This document shows, piece by piece, positions 23,817 through 31,159 of a DNA stretch of 32,000 nucleotides (its first letter is position 1; every line of letters starts with the position of its first letter). The stretch is from Acidobacteriota bacterium. Lineage in GTDB: Bacteria; Acidobacteriota; Vicinamibacteria; Vicinamibacterales; JAKQTR01. The stretch spans positions 242,149 through 274,148 of the forward strand of contig JAPKZO010000005.1 in the NCBI GenBank assembly GCA_026393755.1, read 5' to 3'. Both the position numbers and the translations under genes were made by a program. The notes under the pieces were generated by a model. That model was not told the DNA's origin, ran no database searches, and saw only the letters and a list, made by a program, of their open reading frames with translations.

Positions 23817-24110
23817 TCAGGCTACATGCGCGCGAACGTAATCAGTTAGGACGCGGTGGATCAACGTCTGGTACCCGACGTTGCTGCGCCTGGCTTCTGT
23901 GCGGAAGCGTTTCAACACCTCCGGATCCAGCCGGATCGCAATGAGCTGCCGAGCGTGGGTTCCGATTGGCGGCCGCCCGACACGTCGCATCCCGCGAAGT
24001 TGTTCGTCTGACGCTTCCGGAAGGTCCGAGAAGTCAATCGCCCGCCGCGACTCGGACGCGGGCCTGCCCGCCGAAGCTCGCGGACCAGTTGAGTGCGAGC
24101 TGGAGTCCAA
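23817..24110 (-). CDS. brnA: BrnA-family antitoxin (type II TA, CopG/RHH-like), 97 aa
   Basis: IDFSDLPEASDEQLRGMRRVGRPPIG...QLIAIRLDPEVLKRFRTEARRSNVGYQTLIHRVLTDYV matches the BrnA pattern (IDFSDIPE...GRP...V..RLD.DVL..F+...GYQT.IN..LR.YV). Confidence 0.75.
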   Translation of the reverse strand: MDSSSHSTGPRASAGRPASESRRAIDFSDLPEASDEQLRGMRRVGRPPIGTHARQLIAIRLDPEVLKRFRTEARRSNVGYQTLIHRVLTDYVRAHVA

Positions 24111-24143
24111 CCGGCGGCAATATGACTGACGGTCACCGTGTCG

Positions 24144-27068
24144 CTACCGCCCGCCCACTCGCGTGCGCACGCTGTAGAGCGACGTACGCGCGGTGATAAA
24201 CAGCGTCCGACCGTCTCGACCACCGAACACCAGTTGGGTCGGACGCTCAGGCGTTTCGATGGTCTCGACGAGTATTCCCGACGGGTCGTAGACGTAGATC
24301 TGACCCGCCGCCACGTAGACATTGCCTGACGCATCCACCGCCACGCCCTCGCCACCCTGCTGCACGAACGGCTTGAACTCGGTAAAGTTCCCGTCCGGAC
24401 CGAGCGTCCCGCGCCACGTCGTCACCTCCGCCTCGCTCGTCACGTAGAACGGCTTCCCCGGCTGGCACGACGCCAGACCAAAAGCGCGCAGCAGATCCGC
24501 TCCCTTGACCCCCCAGCTGGACGCGCCACTCACGAAGTCACTGCCGGCCGTGATGTACGTGGTGCCATCCGGCGACAGGAAATGGAACGCCTTGGCGGGG
24601 GGCATGCCCGTCGCCTGATCTGTCGCGACACGCCAGTCACCGACGGCGCGCACGGCGGTCAGCCCCGGCCTTGGTGCGGCGTCGACCGGCTTGAGCAGTT
24701 CCATCTGGTCGATCGGCGTTCCCGGCTTGAACGCATAGATCGTGCCGGTCCCCGCGTACGACACCACCATCAGGTTGCCCGCCTTGTCGAACGCCAGGTT
24801 GACCGGGTCGAGCGGCACGTCACGCTCGGTGGACAGTTGCCCGCTTGTCTCCGACCACCGATAGATGCGCTGCCGGCGGGCGTCAACAAAGTAGAAGTTG
24901 CCGGACGGGTGGACGGCGCCGCCCGAGATGTTAAAGAACCCACCCGCCAGTTTTCGCACGGTCGCCCCGGCATCGAGCACCGCCGACTTCTTCGCGACCC
25001 TCGGGGCGGGGGGGCCACCCGAGATGTCCAGCCACGCGAACTCGCGCTGCCGGACCTCGACGTTGTGTGTCTGATCGTAGACCGACACGTCAAACGCCAC
25101 CTTGCTGTTGCTGTATGAGTGGACGTTTCGGAATCCGATGTTCTTCGAATCCGTCACCTTCACCGCCCACGGGAATGGCTGGTAGGAGCTGATGACCTTG
25201 TACAGGTGCAAGTTGGCGAACGTGATGTTCCGGGAGTTGTCGATCTCAAGCGGAAGCGCCAAGCCGCCTTCGCCGCGCTCCTCCTCGGTCTGGAGCGCGT
25301 AGATTCTCCAGTTCGCCGCATTCCGGACCTGGATCTCGTACCGGACGTGGTGTTCACTCGACATCTGGTAGATTCGGCCCTCGGTCGTCGTATCCGAGAT
25401 CAGCAGGCCCGCCGACGCAAAGGAACTCGGGGTCCAGACGTCGAAGAACGTCCCGCCACCCCCGTCAGTCACCCACAGGCTCGGGTACTGGCCGTCCCAG
25501 CGCCGATTCGGATCCGCATCGGCTGTCCGGTTGTTGTTGTAGGGAGTTGCGCGCGTCCCGTCCAGGTTGTTGGTGCCATGGCCACCAAGAAGACGAACAT
25601 CGTTCATCATCGAGTGCTTGCCGGCCATCCACTTCACGCCCACCGCGCGCGGGTTGATCCCGTTCGTGTAGACGCCGACGCCGATCATCACGTTGGTCCC
25701 GCCCTTCGGCGTCTCGATCATCGGCCTGGGCGGACCGACGCCCTGAAACCCCGCTGCCTTGTCGAGCAACACGAACGCAGTCACGAGGGGGTGCAGGCCA
25801 ATCAACATCGTGTCGGGTTTCAAGGTCAGCGTGTCGCTGATCACGTAGTACCCCATCGGCAGGTAGATCGTCTTGTGGGCGGCGATCGCCTTGCGAAAGA
25901 CCTCCGTGTCGTCCATGCTCCCGTCGCCCTTCGCGCCGAGCGATTGAATGTTGACCCACGATTCGGTGGGCGGCAGCGGGACGAGATCGGACGCGACCGA
26001 TTCAGGCATCGCGGTCAGCACCATGGTCTCGAACACATCCGCGAGCCTGGGCGTCGCCCCGATGTCTGCGTAGTGCAGGCCGTGGGAGAACACCGTCGTC
26101 TCGTAGATCGCGCCGGGCGCGGCGAAGCTCTTTCCGCTGTCACGCAATCGCGCGAACGTCGGAACGCGGCGGCACACGACGTTCTCGATGTTGATCTCGG
26201 TTCGCGCGTTGTCTTCGAGACTGATGACGACTGCCGGGCCTGAGATGTCCTCCATCCGCCCGTCCTTGATCCACAGTTCGTCGCAGGCGTTCGCGTCGAT
26301 TGAGACGGCCGTCGGCACGTTCTTGAAGGAGGGCCTGACCAGCGTGAGCCCGGCCATCGTCTCACGGATGGCCGCCACCTTCTGTCCTTCGAAGTACGCG
26401 TCCACCGCAGTGAACTGCCAGCCAGGCGAGGGGGTACGCGTCCAGATGCCGTACTGCCCGCCGATAAAGCGGACGTCTTCCATCACGTTCCCGGTGTCGT
26501 GCACGCCGGCCAGGGCGGAGCCGAGATGGAAGTCCATGTGCGCGAGGAAGCAGTGCTGCGCGTACGTGCCGCGGATCGCGACCGCGCCGGGATTCCCTTC
26601 GCCGATCTCGACGTCGATGTTGGACATCGCCGAGTAAAACGTCCCGGGATTGGCGTCAAGCGGCCCGCCGCCGGCGGCGGTTGCGCCCGGCCGCTGGCCC
26701 GCAAACAACAGCATCTGGCGTTCGGCGTTCCAGTCCTGGTACCCGGGCGTGTCGGAGGCCAGCACGAAGACCGGCCGCTTCGCGCCGTAGCCGATCACGC
26801 GGATTGACGGCCACACGTAGATGGTCTTCGTGATGCGGTAGCGACCCTCGGGTACGAAGACGACGCCCTGGCCGACGATCTCCTGAACCCGGTCAATCGC
26901 CCTCTGGATCGCGTCGGAATCGTCGGTGACGCCGTCGCCCTTTGCGCCGAACGACTCGAGGTGAACGGCCTTCGGATCAACCGGGCACATCGTGTAGTAC
27001 GACGGTCCCGCCCACGCCGGGATGGCGACGACCAGGATGAACACAAGGGGAATGAATCGTTTCAACAC
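24144..27068 (-). CDS. Exported GH55-like double right-handed beta-helix protein fused to a C-terminal SMP-30/gluconolactonase/LRE-like beta-propeller
   Basis: Two Pectate_lyase_3-type openings: FGAKGDGVTDDSDAIQRAIDRV and LGAKGDGSMDDTEVFRKAIAAHKTIYLP. The C-terminus has propeller strands GNFYFVDARRQRIYRW, DKAGNLMVVSY, VDASGNVYVAAGQIYVYDPSG and PTQLVFGGRDGRTLFITARTSLYSV. The likely start is GTG 27068 or TTG 27065, giving (V)LKRFIPLVFILVVAIPAWAG; the start is uncertain. Confidence 0.8.
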   Translation of the reverse strand: MLKRFIPLVFILVVAIPAWAGPSYYTMCPVDPKAVHLESFGAKGDGVTDDSDAIQRAIDRVQEIVGQGVVFVPEGRYRITKTIYVWPSIRVIGYGAKRPVFVLASDTPGYQDWNAERQMLLFAGQRPGATAAGGGPLDANPGTFYSAMSNIDVEIGEGNPGAVAIRGTYAQHCFLAHMDFHLGSALAGVHDTGNVMEDVRFIGGQYGIWTRTPSPGWQFTAVDAYFEGQKVAAIRETMAGLTLVRPSFKNVPTAVSIDANACDELWIKDGRMEDISGPAVVISLEDNARTEINIENVVCRRVPTFARLRDSGKSFAAPGAIYETTVFSHGLHYADIGATPRLADVFETMVLTAMPESVASDLVPLPPTESWVNIQSLGAKGDGSMDDTEVFRKAIAAHKTIYLPMGYYVISDTLTLKPDTMLIGLHPLVTAFVLLDKAAGFQGVGPPRPMIETPKGGTNVMIGVGVYTNGINPRAVGVKWMAGKHSMMNDVRLLGGHGTNNLDGTRATPYNNNRTADADPNRRWDGQYPSLWVTDGGGGTFFDVWTPSSFASAGLLISDTTTEGRIYQMSSEHHVRYEIQVRNAANWRIYALQTEEERGEGGLALPLEIDNSRNITFANLHLYKVISSYQPFPWAVKVTDSKNIGFRNVHSYSNSKVAFDVSVYDQTHNVEVRQREFAWLDISGGPPAPRVAKKSAVLDAGATVRKLAGGFFNISGGAVHPSGNFYFVDARRQRIYRWSETSGQLSTERDVPLDPVNLAFDKAGNLMVVSYAGTGTIYAFKPGTPIDQMELLKPVDAAPRPGLTAVRAVGDWRVATDQATGMPPAKAFHFLSPDGTTYITAGSDFVSGASSWGVKGADLLRAFGLASCQPGKPFYVTSEAEVTTWRGTLGPDGNFTEFKPFVQQGGEGVAVDASGNVYVAAGQIYVYDPSGILVETIETPERPTQLVFGGRDGRTLFITARTSLYSVRTRVGGR

Positions 27069-27438
27069 GGACCGCTGCTCCGTTCTTCCGTCGTGCACCA
27101 CCCGGCCGACCGGGGGCTCGCTGGCCCTGCGCGGCGCATCTCGCGCGCGGCGTAACGAACGCGTGGAGATCGATGTCGAGCACCTTGTGCACAGTGTCCT
27201 TTTGCCCATTCTTCGCTCGGCGGGTCGCTGTGCCATCCTCAGTACGTAATGACACGCCACGCGCCGCCAGGCATTGACGCGCCCACCGGATCGAGAACCC
27301 ACAGAAAGGGCATGTGACGCCTACCCCGAGTTGTTCGGATCAAGCACAGCCGCAGCTCCGGGTATTCTGTTCGGGGGGTGCATCACCTCGTCGCTCCAGA
27401 TTCCAGGGCAAGTGTACTCGCAACGAATGTCGGCGTCG

Positions 27439-27837
27439 CTAATGTTGCGGGAAGTCCGTCGGGATGTTGCCGTACTGCAGGACTGCTTCGACGATCGCCT
27501 CATCAACGCTCGACGGTACGCGGGTATGGACGGGCTTCCAGGTGCAATAGTGCTTTGGCGGATCCGGCTCTCCAGCGGCGCCTGTCAGAAAATCTATAAG
27601 TCGTTCCACCGGGATATTCCCGGACCGGTTGCGGAGCAGCAGCGACACGTGCGGCTGCTTGATGCCCAGGATCTCTCCTGCCTGCGCCTGCGTCAGGCGG
27701 CGCGCCTTGATGTTGCGGTAGATTTGCAGCGTCAGTCTGGCCTTGAGCAGTTTCTGTTCCAGATGGGGCAGGCCGAGGTCGGCGAACACGTTGCCGCTGC
27801 TCTTCTCGTGTGCGATTGTCGTGGACTTCTTTGCCAT
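27439..27837 (-). CDS. XRE-family HTH antitoxin-like protein with an atypical C-terminal extension
   Basis: MAKKSTTIAHEKSSGNVFADLGLPHLEQKLLKARLTLQIYRNIKARRLTQAQAGEILGIKQPHVSLLLRNR is the usual N-terminus plus HTH of antitoxins partnered with RelE/ParE-type toxins. No cognate toxin lies upstream. The last ~45 aa (PPKHYCTWKPVH...) do not resemble the family tail. Confidence 0.7.
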   Translation of the reverse strand: MAKKSTTIAHEKSSGNVFADLGLPHLEQKLLKARLTLQIYRNIKARRLTQAQAGEILGIKQPHVSLLLRNRSGNIPVERLIDFLTGAAGEPDPPKHYCTWKPVHTRVPSSVDEAIVEAVLQYGNIPTDFPQH

Positions 27838-27883
27838 AGTGGTGGCGCCTTCGGCTACCGCCACACGTGGGCGTCCGCCCCGC

Positions 27884-28186
27884 TCATGCCTGTGCCTGCT
27901 CCACGCGTTCTAAGGTCGGCAGTTTCTTGATAGCTATTCCGACCTTCTCCTCCGCTCTTCGCAACTCGTAGAGGTTCTGTAGATTCAACCAGAACTGCGC
28001 GCTCGTGCCGAAATAGTGCGCGAGACGCAGGGCCGTGTCGGCGGTGATGGCGCGCTGCCCGTTGAGAATCTCCGTCACCCGATTGGTCGGCACCTTCAAC
28101 TGGCGCGAGAGTTCCGCAGCGCTCATGTCGAGCGCTTCAAGGTCGTCCGCGAGTACTTCGCCGGGGTGGATGGGGGTACGGGCCAT
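27884..28186 (-). CDS. higA: HigA-family antitoxin (XRE HTH), ~100 aa
   Basis: PIHPGEVLADDLEALDMSAAELSRQLKVPTNRVTEILNGQRAITADTALRLAHYFGTSAQFWLNLQ is the HigA/VapI signature. ATG 28186 with GGGAGG 8 nt upstream lies 13 nt after the higB stop. Confidence 0.85.
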   Translation of the reverse strand: MARTPIHPGEVLADDLEALDMSAAELSRQLKVPTNRVTEILNGQRAITADTALRLAHYFGTSAQFWLNLQNLYELRRAEEKVGIAIKKLPTLERVEQAQA

Positions 28187-28199
28187 GTTCACGACCTCC

Positions 28200-28481
28200 C
28201 TAATGGTAATCAACAATCTCAACGTTCACGGGCCCCGGGGATCCGTCGGGCCATTCAAAGCACACGCGCCACTGATCGTTGATGCGGATGCTGTACTGGC
28301 CCTTGCGGTTTCCCTTCAGCGCTTCGAGCCGGTTCCCCGGCCGACGAAGGTCAGCGAGAGCGGTCGCGGAATCAAGCTGCGCCAGCTTGTGTTCGACCGG
28401 TCGTTCGAAGCCGGAGTAGGCCTTGACCCGTTTCTCGCTGACAAAGTCCCTGGTCCGCTTCCCTCGGTAGCTGACGATCAT
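28200..28481 (-). CDS. higB: HigB-family toxin (RelE/ParE superfamily, plasmid-maintenance killer type), 93 aa
   Basis: MIVSYRGKRTRDF...LDSATALADLRRPGNRLEALKGNRKGQYSIRINDQWRVCFEWPDG...VEIVDYH matches the HigB pattern (L..L+G.R+G.+S+.+N..+R+.F.+.....V...DYH). Toxin-first gene order with higA. Confidence 0.85.
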   Translation of the reverse strand: MIVSYRGKRTRDFVSEKRVKAYSGFERPVEHKLAQLDSATALADLRRPGNRLEALKGNRKGQYSIRINDQWRVCFEWPDGSPGPVNVEIVDYH

Positions 28482-28514
28482 TCATGCCATGGTGACACGT
28501 GTGTATGCGTTACG

Positions 28515-29057
28515 TCAAGCGTATTGACATGGCGCGGGTGGCCTTAGTCGTGACGTTTCGCAAGACGGTCCTCCCCAATTCCGGGCCGTGGCGCTATCCC
28601 GCTGGGCTGGGGTCCCGCCACCACCTCGGGTCGGGCCGGCGGTCTGGATTCCCGCTCCGACTGTGCTCGTGAGGCGAAGTGGTCCAGCGTTGCTCATGCC
28701 GATCGAGCATGCATCGCACCGTCCCAGCAACAGGACGCGTTGCCAGAGAACGGGCGACGGCGTTCTCTTCCTCGACTCCCACTGATAGATGACGGCCTTT
28801 CCGGCCGCGCCAACGCGTCGGGCCAGGCCGTCTTGCGTGAGGCGGAGCCGACGACGAAGGGCCCGGAGCTGCTGGTCGTAGTCGGGCGGAACCGTCGGCA
28901 GGGGCGCCGGACACGCCTTCTGGCCGCCAAATCGGCGGTAGTGCGTGGCCATGAACTGCTCGGCGGCGGCGCGCGTGGCCAATCGCCTCGGCCGACCAAA
29001 CACGGACTTCACCGAGAAGTGCGCCTCGAGTCTGCCGGTTCGGACGGCGGCCTGCAA
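28515..29057 (-). CDS. DNA-binding protein with an XRE-type HTH; the N-terminus is probably disrupted by a frameshift
   Basis: QQLRALRRRLRLTQDGLARRVGAAGKAVIYQWESRKRTPSPVLWQRV is an HTH_3-like segment. Upstream in a different frame (to ATG 29151), MFRHAAISIERAIPPKRLLITG continues into KKLHVHIRTLQAAVRTGRLEA only after a 1-nt shift near 29085. Confidence 0.45.
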   Translation of the reverse strand: MQAAVRTGRLEAHFSVKSVFGRPRRLATRAAAEQFMATHYRRFGGQKACPAPLPTVPPDYDQQLRALRRRLRLTQDGLARRVGAAGKAVIYQWESRKRTPSPVLWQRVLLLGRCDACSIGMSNAGPLRLTSTVGAGIQTAGPTRGGGGTPAQRDSATARNWGGPSCETSRLRPPAPCQYA

Positions 29058-29271
29058 CGTTCGGATGTGGACGTGGAGTTTCTTGGCCGGTGATCAGGAG
29101 CCGTTTCGGCGGGATCGCGCGTTCGATCGAAATGGCTGCATGGCGAAACACTCAGAGGTAGTGTCCCGTCAAGTGGTGGACTTTCGTCGGCGTCCTTCCT
29201 GAGTTCTCGTGGTCGTGCGCGTGGACGCTGCCGGAGCTGAGGACGGACAGTGCACCGCCCTCGAGCTCCTT

Positions 29272-29293
29272 GGAAAACCCCGCAGGGTTTTCC
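29272..29293. other. Perfect 9-bp stem / 4-nt loop hairpin of unknown role
   Basis: GGAAAACCC-CGCA-GGGTTTTCC. It is unique in the window and intergenic. There is no flanking T-run beyond the TTTT inside the stem. Confidence 0.3.
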
Positions 29294-29339
29294 ACCGCGC
29301 CCGCCCGCGTTCGCAACTCCGTTGCTTCGGCGGACTGTT

Positions 29340-29468
29340 GGCCTGCCAAGCCGTAACATCGCGAGGAGACGTGACAAGCCGGAGCGATGCGAAGGCTGGA
29401 CCCACGGCTTAGAAGGCCCGTTGTCCGATTCGCGAATTCAGGCCGTATTTCGACGATTCAGGCCTGTT
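29340..29468. repeat. Mosaic repeat block: GGCCTGCCAAGCCG...GCGAGGAGA...TGCGAAGGCTGG...GGCTTAGAAGGCCCGTTGTC
   Basis: It parallels 318-399, 23632-23690 and 30268-30364. It lies immediately upstream of element copy 4. Confidence 0.75.
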
Positions 29469-29582
29469 GATCGGTTATGTATAGCGGTTATATTTTCGTG
29501 CGCGTCAGTTCGTCTGCGATGCGAATGTGGGCCTGAATCGGCGAACTTGAGCCGATTTGGACCAAAAGGCTATAACCGATCG
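29469..29582 (+). repeat. ~115-nt inverted-repeat-bounded element, copy 4, interior subfamily B
   Basis: GATCGGTTAT (29469-29478), CGGTTAT (29485-29491), ATAACCGATCG (29572-29582). The interior is close to copy 5. Confidence 0.8.
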
Positions 29583-29697
29583 GTGCGCCTCGATCGAAAT
29601 TGCGCCATTCTTCACGGTCGTACGCGCTGATCGCAACATCTTCTGCAGCGCAACGGAGGTACGAGGGGCGACAGCGCGTTGTCGACGAGGAACTTCA
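29583..29697 (-). pseudogene. 3'-truncated, frameshifted DUF5615/Mut7-C-like PIN toxin gene, partner of the DUF433 gene
   Basis: A GTG overlaps the DUF433 stop (GTGA). VKFLVDNALSP is the canonical family start. The continuation LRCAAEDVAISAYD is readable only in another frame. Sequence ends against the right end of element copy 4. Confidence 0.45.
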
Positions 29698-29925
29698 CAG
29701 CGTGGATGCGAGGGGAAGGTCGCGCTCGCGAACGGCGGACGCCGCAAACCGAAGCGCCTCACGCACGTCGTCTTCGACGAGGTCCGGGTAGGCCTCCAGG
29801 ATCTCAGCCGTGGTCATTCCCTCGGCCACCATGCCGACGACAGTCGCCACGGGGATCCTCAGGCGGCGAATGCAAGGAACGCCGCCTAGTTGGCGGGAAT
29901 CGGCGGTGATTCGAGTGAATTCCAT
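29695..29925 (-). CDS. DUF433-domain protein (antitoxin-like), ~76 aa
   Basis: MEFTRITADSRQLGGVPCIRRLRIPVATVVGMVAEGMTTAEILEAYPDLVEDDVREALRFAA matches DUF433 (GG.PCIRG.RI.V..+......G.+.eEIl..YP.L...D+.aAL.+A). GAGG lies 6 nt upstream of ATG 29925, and a TATAAT (rc 29968-29973) lies upstream. Confidence 0.8.
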   Translation of the reverse strand: MEFTRITADSRQLGGVPCIRRLRIPVATVVGMVAEGMTTAEILEAYPDLVEDDVREALRFAASAVRERDLPLASTL

Positions 29926-30124
29926 GTTCGGCCTCACGCGCTGAATTGGTCTCAGCCTACATGAGTAATTATACCTGTGCCTGTTGAAAATGCCGTTCTG
30001 TTTGCGACGGTTGATGTTGCGACCGCACCGTGGCTACCCTCTTCGCCGATGATACCGGTCCTCGTGTCCTTCCTGCTGACCCTCCAAGGTTGTTTACGCG
30101 CACGCATCGCCTCGTGCCAGCGTC

Positions 30125-30417
30125 GAAGTGATCTGTTACCTATGTCTCCGGAATCGACCGGCGGAAATTGGCGCGCCCGCCCGCCTTCGTTCGGATGACC
30201 GCCCGCGAACTTCGGCGCGCTGGGGGTAAGCCAGCCATAGCTCGCCACGCTTCACCGCGAGCGAAGGCTGGCGCGCCCGCCGCCCCTCGGCAAGCTCGGG
30301 ACGCCCTGAGCCCGTCGAAGGGCGCGACTCGAACGCGGGCCCCCCGGCTTAGAAGGCCCGTTGTCTGAGACCCTCAAGAACAGGCCAGTATTTGCCGATT
30401 CTGCGAACCCAATCGGT
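30125..30417. repeat. Longest mosaic repeat block: ATGTCTCCGG module, two REP-like GC hairpin modules, a CCCTGAGCCCGTCGAAGGGC module and a GGCTTAGAAGGCCCGTTGTC module
   Basis: 30125-30153 matches the GATCTGTTACCTATGTCTCCGGAAT modules. 30172-30196 and 30268-30290 match the hairpin at 23682-23709. 30303-30323 equals 11409-11429. 30337-30417 matches 374-446. Confidence 0.8.
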
Positions 30418-30524
30418 TATATATAGCGGTTATCTTTGCGTGCGCGCCAGTTCGTCCGCGATGCGGATGTGGGCCTGAATCTGCGAACTTGAGCCGACTT
30501 GGACCAGAAGGCTATAACCGATCG
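30418..30524 (+). repeat. ~107-nt inverted-repeat-bounded element, copy 5, interior subfamily B
   Basis: AATCGGTTAT (30418-30427), CGGTTAT (30434-30440), ATAACCGATCG (30514-30524). Confidence 0.8.
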
Positions 30525-30607
30525 CTGCGCGGGCCTCGAGTTTGCGCCAGACTTGCGCGGTCAAGGGAGCCCGCCCGGGCGGCGGGCCACCATTCGGTGG
30601 CCGCGAA

Positions 30608-30848
30608 TCAGGCGACCTCGGCGAGCGCGCGAGGGTTCTTGATGGCGATGAGCAGGAGTGTCCTTGCGGCGCCTGACGGCGCGCGGCGGCCCTGCTCCCA
30701 CTCTTGAAGCGTGCGAACCGACACGCCCAGCAGGTTCCCGAATGCTCGACACCGACGGCACCGTCGTGACGCGCCCGTGCTCGCCCCGTTTGAGTTGACG
30801 AAGCCCTTCCAAGATCTCGGCGCCAATGATTCGCTTAGACAGTGCCAT
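30608..30848 (-). pseudogene. Frameshifted, internally deleted XRE-type antitoxin gene partnered with the RelE-like toxin
   Basis: Frame 1 from ATG 30848 reads MALSKRIIGAEILEGLRQLKRGEHGRVTTVPSVSS. The HTH (FGNLLGVSVRTLQEWEQGRRAPSGAARTLLLIAIKNPRALAEVA*) continues only in a second frame ending at 30608. The segment normally linking them (about IRE.LGLSQ.E) is missing. Confidence 0.6.
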
Positions 30849-31152
30849 CGATCTCCTCCTTGATCTTCTTCAGGACATGCCCCGGGATGCTGTCCTCCTC
30901 GTTCTTGGCGTACAACGTGAGCATCCAGATCTCGTCCTGTCGCGACCTCAGGTAGTAGATGACTCGGATCCCGCCACGCTTGCCGCGGCCTGCGACACCC
31001 CAACGAAGCTTGCGGACCCCACCGGAGCCGCGAATCACGTCGCCGGCGTCCGGCTTCGTGACGAGCGCCTGCTGCAAGGCCGAGTACTCATCGTCAGAGA
31101 GATACTGCTGTACCAGAGATGTAAACAGCTTCGTCTCAATGAACGTCAGCAC
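30835..31152 (-). CDS. RelE/ParE-superfamily toxin (RelE-like), 105 aa
   Basis: (M)LTFIETKLFTSLVQQYLSDDEYSALQQALVTKPDAGDVIRGSGGVRKLRWGVAGRGKRGGIRVIYY...IWMLTLYAKNEEDSI fits the family pattern (FIET..F...YL.DDEY..LQ..L...P..G.VI.GSGG.RK.RW...G.GKRGG.RVIYY). GTG start. Confidence 0.8.
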   Translation of the reverse strand: MLTFIETKLFTSLVQQYLSDDEYSALQQALVTKPDAGDVIRGSGGVRKLRWGVAGRGKRGGIRVIYYLRSRQDEIWMLTLYAKNEEDSIPGHVLKKIKEEIDGTV

Positions 31153-31159
31153 ACTGGGG

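Noticed and set aside
28482-28530. A higBA promoter/operator, based on TTGACG, the palindrome ACACGTGT, and a TGACGTA motif also seen in the RelE promoter.
   Set aside because: No acceptable -10 lies at 16-18 nt from the -35 candidates. The shared TGACGTA could be coincidence. This is not strong enough to list as a feature.
29152-29349. Small ORFs in the gap upstream of the HTH gene, for example 29152-29349 (minus strand) and 29209-29412 (plus strand).
   Set aside because: There are no RBSs and no family resemblance. They overlap repeat modules whose translations recur as artefactual peptides elsewhere in the track (for example MICYLCLRNR and VTHVSG).
29495-29582. A short conserved reading frame on the minus strand of subfamily-B elements: PIQAHIRIADELTRTKI*, QIQAHIRIADELARTQR*, PIQAHIRIGHRVARSKI*. 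Several differences fall at third codon positions.
   Set aside because: Upstream of this stretch the three copies are in different frames, and there is no start codon or RBS. Subfamily A gives an unrelated peptide. Three copies are too few to distinguish this from chance, so I treat the elements as non-coding.
29469-30524. The inverted-repeat-bounded elements as integron attC sites or a CALIN, given their same orientation, ~60-130-nt size, imperfect inverted repeats and TA cassettes nearby.
   Set aside because: The termini (CGGTTAT / ATAACCG) do not fit the attC core consensus RYYYAAC...GTTRRRY. Copies are separated by 1 to 15 kb containing large housekeeping operons rather than cassettes, and no intI is present.
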